This document shows, piece after piece, positions 15,256-21,685 of a stretch of 32,000 nucleotides of DNA. Numbering within the stretch: position 1 is the stretch's first letter; every line of letters starts with the position of its first letter. The stretch comes from Gemmata obscuriglobus. GTDB taxonomy: Bacteria; Planctomycetota; Planctomycetia; Gemmatales; Gemmataceae. A program made the position numbers and the translations under genes. The DNA lies in contig NZ_CP042911.1 of assembly GCF_008065095.1 (NCBI RefSeq), forward strand, positions 4,830,001-4,862,000, in the 5' to 3' direction. The notes beneath the pieces were generated by a model. The model had not been told where the DNA came from. It worked only from the letters and a program-made list of their open reading frames with translations, and ran no database searches.

Positions 15256-15316
15256 CCGAACCTCTGATGTAATAGAGTGCGAATGCAACAAGTGCAAAAA
15301 AACCTATCACGAGAAT

Positions 15317-16099
15317 GTGATCAGAACCAAGAAGTGTGGCTTTAAGGTGGTGGAAGGACGATCTTGCTGCCCACACTGCTTCTACAAAGCCAACGACGGC
15401 TTCAAGAGTCGTGACCCAAATGGCATCCAAGAGGGTCAACGTAAACTCCGCGACACCCAAGGAAAACCCGCAATTGGCACTCCACCGACTCCGCGAGAAG
15501 CGAGGGCAATTTGTGCTTATGCTCTGGCCGAAACTTTTATGAAAGCAAACAAAGCGGACCCTCTAAGTCAGGATGACCTTCTGAACCGCCTGACGGCCAA
15601 GGGTACCGAATGCGTTTTTCGTTTTGTCCCTTCGACACAAGACATGGTAATTCCCAACTTTCGCACAAGTTACAATTGCTGCTTTGAGGTGCCAAGGGGG
15701 TTCGTAGGATACTGTTGGAAATGTTACAAGCAGATTCTAACAGATATCTATACAGAGCGTGAACAATCACCTGAGTTCCTTGAGTACAGTGAAGGACCAA
15801 TCGAAGCTGCAGCTAAGCCCGGTCTTAACCCAAGCCAGATCCTCCTAGACCCTCTCCCTTTACTGCTGCCGCCGCTCAACAACCTGACACAGCAGCAACA
15901 GGACGTTCTTTTGATGAGTCTAGGACTGCACCAGGAGTATGGCGGGGAGCTGTCCGATAACGAGATCGCCAGCCTCCTCAATATCTCTCCCGGGAACGTC
16001 CGCTCTACCAAGAGCAGGGCAAAGACACAATTGAGTGCCGATCCGGAGCTAGCAACCCTTTTTGCCAAGATATCCAGGCGTCAGACCACTGACGGGTGA
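15317..16099 (+). CDS. Cys-rich protein with C-terminal sigma-70 region-4-like HTH (at least 260 aa)
   Basis: The C-terminus LTQQQQDVLLMSLGL...LSDNEIASLLNISPGNVRSTKSRAKTQL matches the sigma70_r4_2 pattern. The first canonical start is GTG 15317, but the frame is open and Cys-rich from about 15239 (NCLPCDRTSDVIECECNKCKKTYH). Confidence 0.6.
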   Translation: MIRTKKCGFKVVEGRSCCPHCFYKANDGFKSRDPNGIQEGQRKLRDTQGKPAIGTPPTPREARAICAYALAETFMKANKADPLSQDDLLNRLTAKGTECVFRFVPSTQDMVIPNFRTSYNCCFEVPRGFVGYCWKCYKQILTDIYTEREQSPEFLEYSEGPIEAAAKPGLNPSQILLDPLPLLLPPLNNLTQQQQDVLLMSLGLHQEYGGELSDNEIASLLNISPGNVRSTKSRAKTQLSADPELATLFAKISRRQTTDG

Positions 16100-16142
16100 C
16101 ACTCGCAGAGTAGCGGTGTTGGGAGCAAGCGGACATCAAACT

Positions 16143-16180
16143 CTACCTTTCTCCCAACCCCTACTTGCATCTCGATCCTC
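16143..16180 (+). repeat. Island-specific ~36-nt repeat, copy G
   Basis: CTACCTTTCTCCCAACCCCTACTTGCATCTCGATCCTC. Ends 17 nt before the TTG 16197 start. Confidence 0.9.
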
Positions 16181-16196
16181 TACCCCAAGGACTACA

Positions 16197-16529
16197 TTGA
16201 CTACAGACGATCACACTTTGCACGCCCTCTCCCACCCTTCCCTTCAGGCCCTTCTTCCTGCCCGCGACCACGGCAAGCCTTACACAGCAAATCGACTGGC
16301 TGATTGGTGCCGAAGGGGACGCCGGGGGTTGGATGGAGAGCAGGTGAATTTGAGGGCTGAGAAGCTGGGAGGGCAATATATGACTAGCGTCACAGCTTTA
16401 CGGGAGTTCCTTGAGAAGACAGGCCTGAGCGTGGAGGATGACGATGAGGAGTTTCACGACTTCTACTACCCGCCACCACTACCGATTCCACTCTCAGTCC
16501 ATACTTTCGCAGCAAAGCACTATCGTTGA
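16197..16529 (+). CDS. Excisionase/MerR-like HTH protein, DUF1580-like (110 aa)
   Basis: TTG at 16197 preceded by AAGGA. The motif KPYTANRLADWCRRGRRGLDGEQVNLRAEKLGGQYMTSVTALREFLEK resembles the planctomycete DUF1580 pattern (T..RW...G..g..Le...vGg...TS.eAl.RF). The start codon is uncertain. Confidence 0.5.
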   Translation: MTTDDHTLHALSHPSLQALLPARDHGKPYTANRLADWCRRGRRGLDGEQVNLRAEKLGGQYMTSVTALREFLEKTGLSVEDDDEEFHDFYYPPPLPIPLSVHTFAAKHYR

Positions 16530-16568
16530 TCCATCATAAGAGCGACCAACTCCAGTTACTAATGTGAT

Positions 16569-17477
16569 TTAACAACCCGCCAAACTGATTAACAGGTTAA
16601 TGTGGGCACACGTAGCCCCGATCATATGCTCAGCGTACTCTCGGCCAGCTATGTAAGAAGGCTTTGGCCCCTTGCCGTGTGCGTCCCCCATCTTGTTGCG
16701 AATCATACCAACTGCCTTGAATATCTCCGTGTAATGAGGCGGAAACAAGTCGTGTTTTCGGCAAATTTCAACGTAAGTGGAGCAACTACCGGCGTTAGGG
16801 TCGAAGGTCCATCCCTTGAAATCACAGATCGTCCGGAGAACGCTTTCGAATGCTGATCCACAGGATGTGATAGCCCCAGCGTAGTCACCGTTTTTGACTT
16901 CCTCGAATGCGTTAAGCAATTCCCCGTTGGCGACAGAGAATCGCTCCCCGGCTAACACTTCAAGTGCGGGCTTAACGACAATTTCGTGAGTTGTCCTCTC
17001 GCCTTTCTTGATAAGACGTGGGTACTCCACTCGCTGAACGTTTGTATCAAGTTGCCGACCGTACAGAGTAGCTCGCTCGCCAGTATCACGCCATACTGGT
17101 GCAGTCAGTTCGTATCCAACCCCTTCCTCTTCAAACATCTGGTTAATCCAGGCTACGGCACCACAGGCAGCGTCTCCAGTACCAACCGCGTTTGTGCGAA
17201 AACACATCTCGATAAACTCAATTGCCTCATCATCTACACACGCAAGAAAGTGCTGAGCAGCAGGGTAGGCCTGATTAAAGTTTGCTTTTAACGAACCATA
17301 CTTTTGCAACGCCAAGTCCGCAACTTCCCCCAGGAGACGCTCGAAGCTGTAACTTATCTCGCCCCAGCCATTCCTATGATTTTTAAAGAACTGGAGCACC
17401 CGCATCCGGACTCTCTCGGAGAGCGAATACGTGTAACGTGCAATGGGAACTTCCTGCTTCTGTGCAGACCACCCCAT
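16569..17477 (-). CDS. HEPN-domain protein, AbiJ-like abortive-infection candidate (302 aa)
   Basis: ATG at 17477 preceded by AGGAGG. C-terminal Rx6H motif IRNKMGDAHG (16677-16700). N-terminal YSLSERVRMRVLQFFKN resembles AbiJ N-terminal domains. Stands alone, convergent with its neighbour. Confidence 0.6.
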   Translation of the reverse strand: MGWSAQKQEVPIARYTYSLSERVRMRVLQFFKNHRNGWGEISYSFERLLGEVADLALQKYGSLKANFNQAYPAAQHFLACVDDEAIEFIEMCFRTNAVGTGDAACGAVAWINQMFEEEGVGYELTAPVWRDTGERATLYGRQLDTNVQRVEYPRLIKKGERTTHEIVVKPALEVLAGERFSVANGELLNAFEEVKNGDYAGAITSCGSAFESVLRTICDFKGWTFDPNAGSCSTYVEICRKHDLFPPHYTEIFKAVGMIRNKMGDAHGKGPKPSYIAGREYAEHMIGATCAHINLLISLAGC

Positions 17478-17920
17478 GTCAGCCTCCTGCTTATTGGCAA
17501 AACGAACACATCAGTAAGGGGCCGGTAGTGAACTAAGCCCCTTACAGTTAAACGATTGACATCGATCGCGACAGTACGATAACGCACTGAAATAGAATGG
17601 AGTAGCCCTGCCTCGTCCCCTATAGGGCATTTTTCCGACTAAGACAGCAGCAGAATTGGAACAATCCGCAAATGCCACCAGCCTCGTTTCCTTGGCGTTC
17701 GGGAGTGGATTGGTTGGTCATGGGACCGCTGCTCTCAATTACTTTCTTTGGTGCATTACCTCCACAAGGGATTCACCAACCTGAAGATCTCGCCCTACTC
17801 CCTCTTCTTGTTCCCAAAGATACTGACTGCTTACCCACCCTAGCATCTTGGTGTTCAGTTTGCGGGTCAAAAGACTGACTCCGTTTGAAGATGGGGACAT
17901 CCTGTTGAGGGATCTGCGAA

Positions 17921-17955
17921 GAGGATAGAGATGCAAGTAGGAGATTGCGAGAAAC
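17921..17955 (-). repeat. Island-specific ~36-nt repeat, copy H (degenerate right half)
   Basis: GAGGATAGAGATGCAAGTAGGAGATTGCGAGAAAC. Confidence 0.75.
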
Positions 17956-17990
17956 AGAGAGCTGGCGGTTACAGAGGTGAGGACTGAACT

Positions 17991-18027
17991 CTAACCTTTC
18001 CTCCACCACCTACTTGTAGCACGATCC
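17991..18027 (+). repeat. Island-specific ~36-nt repeat, copy I (degenerate)
   Basis: CTAACCTTTCCTCCACCACCTACTTGTAGCACGATCC. Back-to-back with copy H across a 35-bp spacer. Confidence 0.65.
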
Positions 18028-18040
18028 CCTACCCTTCACT

Positions 18041-18062
18041 CCGGCTTCGGCTGGGGTTTTTT
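18041..18062 (+). terminator. Hairpin (UUCG loop) plus T6, terminator-like or leader element
   Basis: CCGGC-TTCG-GCTGG followed by GG TTTTTT. Lies between repeat copy I and the HNH start. A similar module recurs at 18576-18609. Confidence 0.4.
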
Positions 18063-18077
18063 CGTTTCTGGAGACCT

Positions 18078-18569
18078 ATGGAAGAGATTTGGAAGCCGAT
18101 TCCGAATGCAGATGGATACGAAGTAAGTGACCAAGGCCGAGTGAGAACTTACTACTGGCGAAAGAAGTGGTGGCCCGAGCCCCGAATCCTCTCCCTGACT
18201 CCCCACTCTGACGGGTATCTCAAGACCACCATCTACGGCCAAACCCGCTACGTCCACCAACTCGTTCTATCAGTTTTTGGTCCAGATCCCCGACCAGGGC
18301 AGGTGGTGCGTCACAGAGGGGGAGATCCCCACGACAACCGAGCCTGCAACCTGGAGTGGGGGAGTCGAACGGAGAACAATCAGGACACGGCTCGGCACGG
18401 AAAAGTAGCGGGGCAGAAGCTGAGCGAGGACGAGGCTTGGGGAATCAAACTGCTCCTGCACCACCAAGTTCCTGGACCCGACGTGAAACGGATCTACCCC
18501 CACGCCAGCACCGGAATGATCTCCTGCATCAGACTCGAAAAGACTTGGCCCCACTTGACGATCAACTAA
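18078..18569 (+). CDS. HNH homing endonuclease (NUMOD4 + HNH_3 type, 163 aa)
   Basis: WKPIPNADGYEVSDQGRVRT (NUMOD4 pattern). YVHQLVLSVFGP...VRHRGGDPHDNRACNLEWGSRTENNQD (HNH). ATG preceded by GGAG. Confidence 0.8.
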   Translation: MEEIWKPIPNADGYEVSDQGRVRTYYWRKKWWPEPRILSLTPHSDGYLKTTIYGQTRYVHQLVLSVFGPDPRPGQVVRHRGGDPHDNRACNLEWGSRTENNQDTARHGKVAGQKLSEDEAWGIKLLLHHQVPGPDVKRIYPHASTGMISCIRLEKTWPHLTIN

Positions 18570-18575
18570 CTCTCG

Positions 18576-18609
18576 CTCCTCAGCCTTCGGGTCGGGGAGT
18601 TTTCTTTTT
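18576..18609 (+). terminator. Rho-independent terminator after the HNH gene
   Basis: CTCCTCAGCC-TTCG-GGTCGGGGAG stem-loop followed by TTTTCTTTTT, 6 nt after the stop. Confidence 0.6.
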
Positions 18610-18623
18610 GGAGACTGATTGAA

Positions 18624-19277
18624 ATGACGGATGGCGACCTTCTACTCCGAGCCGTGCTGAACGACCCCGAAGACGACACCGCACGGCTGGTTTACGCGGA
18701 CTGGCTGATCGAACATGGGGACCGTAAACGGGGTGAGTTCATTCGGGGACAAGTGGAGGCTGCGAGTGCCGGGATAGAGTGCCCACGGGAAATTTGGGAT
18801 TTGCTACCGGCCGGGTTCGAGTGGCTGGGACTGCAACCGCCGGAAGAGTTCGAGATCGGTTGGGACCGTGGGTTCGTGGACTGGATCGTTTCACCGCGGC
18901 GATACATCTGGAACCGGAAGCGGCTTCAGAAACTCTTTAGTCAGCACCCGATTAACAGTGTCGAGTTGTGCGACGTGTCCCCTGCTTTCCTGGACCCCGC
19001 TGACCCCGAACAGTGCGGTTGGTGGCCGGGCGGGTGGACCGTAGATGGGAAAGTGTCCGATCTCCTGTTCGCTCGACTCCCGGACGGGGAGATGTTCTTC
19101 TGCTGTGATGCCGGCGAGTGGACGGGTTGGTTCTTGCAGTACCCGACATGGGACTCGGCCCGAGAGGCACTCCGAGCAGCGGTGACTTCCTACGGGCGAA
19201 GTCTGGTGCGGTTGCCGTCGAGTGCGTTCCGGCAGAAAGAAGGCGGGCGAATCCGAAAGCGGAAGTTCGTGACCTGA
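18624..19277 (+). CDS. TIGR02996 domain-containing protein (217 aa)
   Basis: The N-terminus LLRAVLNDPEDDTARLVYADWLIEHGDRKRGEFIRGQ is the canonical Gemmata repeat-companion signature. Confidence 0.75.
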   Translation: MTDGDLLLRAVLNDPEDDTARLVYADWLIEHGDRKRGEFIRGQVEAASAGIECPREIWDLLPAGFEWLGLQPPEEFEIGWDRGFVDWIVSPRRYIWNRKRLQKLFSQHPINSVELCDVSPAFLDPADPEQCGWWPGGWTVDGKVSDLLFARLPDGEMFFCCDAGEWTGWFLQYPTWDSAREALRAAVTSYGRSLVRLPSSAFRQKEGGRIRKRKFVT

Positions 19278-19424
19278 AATTTTTGCCGATCCGGCACGCT
19301 GGGGACGCTTCCTCGAATAGTATCCGTGGTCACTATTCCTGCTTGCCGGATCTCTTTCACTCGGGTATCGTTGGTGCTGCCTTCCGGTCTGAAACCGTCA
19401 CGAAACCCTTGAATTTCAAGGCAA

Positions 19425-19505
19425 TGGCCAAGGTGGGACTCGAACCCACACAGGTTGCCCCGCTCGATTTTGAGTCGAGTGCGTCTGCCATTCCGCCACT
19501 TGGCC
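19425..19505 (-). tRNA. tRNA-Leu (anticodon CAA), class II
   Basis: Folded by hand as GGCCAAG/CTTGGCC acceptor, GCG/CGC D-stem, CTCGA-CTCAAAA-TCGAG anticodon arm (CAA), 13-nt variable arm, GTGGG-TTCGAGT-CCCAC T-arm, discriminator A. No CCA is encoded. Confidence 0.9.
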
Positions 19506-19835
19506 TGAGCCCTTAATGTATGGGCTTTTTGCGACGTGAGCCAGAGCAAAGCAGCGGGAAGGTTGCGGAAGTTGACCGAACGGACTTCACCAACTCCGGC
19601 CACCACTTCCGATCGCCGCCGCCGCTTTCGCGCTGCAGGCACACGTCGTAACTGACGGGCTTAACGGTTCTTACAGTAACGGGCCGAGGACAAGGCGATG
19701 ACCATCCGGGGCCGAGTGACACGCGACACGGCCGTTCTTCCGACCGGATGCGGTTCAAAACTTCAGGAAGTCGCGGTCGGCGACGGCGGTGTCATCAGCC
19801 GGGAAGGCGACGGTGCCGGCGAGTCGAGTGATACC

Positions 19836-19963
19836 GAATCCGATTGAAGAGTCACTGCTTTCTGTAGCCGGCCTCTGTGAGGCCGGTGCGACATGACCGA
19901 GGTAGCACCGGCCTCACAGAGGCCGGCTACAGAATACGGCGTGGATACGGATCAATCGGATTC
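19836..19963. repeat. Composite nested palindrome 1
   Basis: Perfect 28-bp arms CTGTAGCCGGCCTCTGTGAGGCCGGTGC (19862-19889) and their reverse complement (19905-19932). Each arm contains its own hairpin GGCCTC-TGT-GAGGCC. Outer arms GAATCCGATTGA (19836-19847) and TCAATCGGATTC (19952-19963). Confidence 0.9.
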
Positions 19964-20004
19964 TAGTAGTTTCAAGTTCGCGCCGGACTTGGGGTCTGGC
20001 CTTT

Positions 20005-20139
20005 GAGTGTGGTCCGCTCACTCCGTGAGCGGCCGCGCCGCGCACCGGATTCGCTCCGCGAGCTTGCTGGCCCCGTCGTTTTGCGCAACGCGAATCCGAT
20101 ACCCGGCGCAACCGCTCACGGAGTGAGCGGACCACACTC
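20005..20139. repeat. Composite nested palindrome 2
   Basis: Perfect 28-bp arms GAGTGTGGTCCGCTCACTCCGTGAGCGG (20005-20032) and their reverse complement (20112-20139). Each arm contains CCGCTCAC-TCC-GTGAGCGG. Inner 9-bp inverted repeat CGGATTCGC / GCGAATCCG. Confidence 0.9.
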
Positions 20140-20817
20140 AGAACCAGTGCGCGGGTACTCCACGCCAACTTGAAACGACCGGACACGGTATGACCGCTTC
20201 ACGTAACTCGGTTCGGACGGACGCCGACCACGCCGAGCCGGCGTGACTGGTATGCAGCGCAACAGGGTTGCGTTTCCCCCGGAAGTTCCGCACCGCAACG
20301 CGACTTGAGTAGCAGCGGACGGGACGTCCGCGGTCCCAGGGAAAGCCAACCCTGCCTGTGGTTCGGCGGCTGGAACCGATCAGCGGCGCTGTAACGGGGG
20401 TGACAGCGTACCAGTTGCCGCCGACTGCTCTCCCGCTGGGTCGTTCGCTGCCGATCGACTACCCAATCGCTGGGGTGCCGCTACCACCGAATCCCGGGCT
20501 TTTGCACGGGGGCAGAGTCGGCTGAGCCAAACTAGTTCAGCACGACGGATACAGCGCAATGTATTGCATGGCAATTGTTTGCGGCTACCAAATCGATCCA
20601 ACAGCAAGACGAAGCCGGCGTAAACGGGGTGTCGGTTCCGCTGCAAACGGCTGGTGCGGCGGAAGGAAAACTGCCGGAAGCTCCAAATGCGGGGATGAGG
20701 GTCCTGAAATGCGCAATGTGCCGATTCAATGGCGCCGTGTTCTTTCGCTCGTGCGCCGGGGTCGGACGGGTACGGGGACGCCGCCGGCGGGCTCTGCCAT
20801 CGGACGAATAGCGGCTC

Positions 20818-21681
20818 CTATGCCTCCGGTATCATCACAACGAAATGGCGTGTGACCCATGCCCCGACCGACACGAACAGCACCATGCCGACGGACCAAA
20901 CGGGCAGCAGCGCCAGGGGTATCAGAATACCCACACCCGCGACCAGAACCCCACCGCCCCAGAGTTGCATTCGGGGGTAGCGCCGAACAAGTTCCGGCTG
21001 AAGTTCACGCACGAGGCACAGCAGCGGAACGCCCTGCACGACGACCAGCGCCGCAACCGCCGGGCGAAGCAAGCTCGCCGCGGGGTCGTGACCGAGAACG
21101 GCCGCCAGACCCAGCAGCGCCGCGCTGCCCAGCGCCAGGGCCGACGCGACGTGATACGCACCGAGCCACCGGGCGTCACGCCAGCCGGGCTGCGAACTCG
21201 TGCTGAACAACACGCCCTTGTACGCCATCGAGCCAAATGCGAACGGCAGCGCGACCACGGTTAGTACGGTCCGCCCGACTGCGTGGACCGAACAATCGGT
21301 CGGGATCGCGCCGAGGAGGCCCAGAACGTCGGTAACAGCGAGTGCCGCGAGCGGGAACGAATAGAGCGTCAGGCACCACGTACCGAGCGACATCGGCGAA
21401 CTCGGCTTGAACACCCGGAGCATGTGGTGGAAGCGGAGCGGGTCGCCCAGGTCGAGCACCAGCAGCAAAAGGTCGATGAGCAAAAAGGCGAGGGCCAGCG
21501 GGTACGCCCAGGCCGCGACCGGCGCGAACGCGGTCGGCCGCGTCAACTCGCCAACCGCAACCGTCAGGAACAGACCCGTGGTCAGCGCGTTGAAAAAGAC
21601 ATCCCAGACAACCAGCCCGTGCCACGGCGGCGCGTGCGTCGGTTCCTCGCTGGCGTATCCCGTTGCGGCGGACGTGCTCAT
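20818..21681 (-). CDS. NrfD/PsrC-like polytopic membrane subunit of the formate dehydrogenase complex (287 aa)
   Basis: ATG 4 nt after the fdnH stop. About 8 hydrophobic helices. The size and topology do not fit the 4-helix cytochrome b FdnI. Family assignment is by architecture only. Confidence 0.55.
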   Translation of the reverse strand: MSTSAATGYASEEPTHAPPWHGLVVWDVFFNALTTGLFLTVAVGELTRPTAFAPVAAWAYPLALAFLLIDLLLLVLDLGDPLRFHHMLRVFKPSSPMSLGTWCLTLYSFPLAALAVTDVLGLLGAIPTDCSVHAVGRTVLTVVALPFAFGSMAYKGVLFSTSSQPGWRDARWLGAYHVASALALGSAALLGLAAVLGHDPAASLLRPAVAALVVVQGVPLLCLVRELQPELVRRYPRMQLWGGGVLVAGVGILIPLALLPVWSVGMVLFVSVGAWVTRHFVVMIPEA

Positions 21682-21685
21682 GAAT

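Noticed and set aside
17478-17920. Small ORFs (17672-17878 +, 17739-17936 -, 17773-18009 -) in the lower-GC spacer
   Set aside because: They have no SDs or motifs and they overlap one another. The region may instead be regulatory or decayed sequence.
1-18027. The dispersed 36-nt repeats as a CRISPR array
   Set aside because: The copies are separated by 35 bp to 7 kb, occur in both orientations, and have protein-coding genes between them. No cas genes are present.
19755-19832. Short minus-strand frame ending ...ITRLAGTVAFPADDTAVADRDFLKF-stop with good GC3 bias; possible gene remnant cut by palindrome 1
   Set aside because: It is only about 25 codons with no start. It is too short to call. 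It is worth a BLASTX check only.
19506-20817. A tRNA-Sec (selC) or other tRNA in the non-coding gap next to the Sec-FDH operon
   Set aside because: I looked for a UCA anticodon loop with flanking stems and for GGTTCGA-type T-loops. I found no foldable cloverleaf. The TTTCAAG at about 20170 has no complementary stem.
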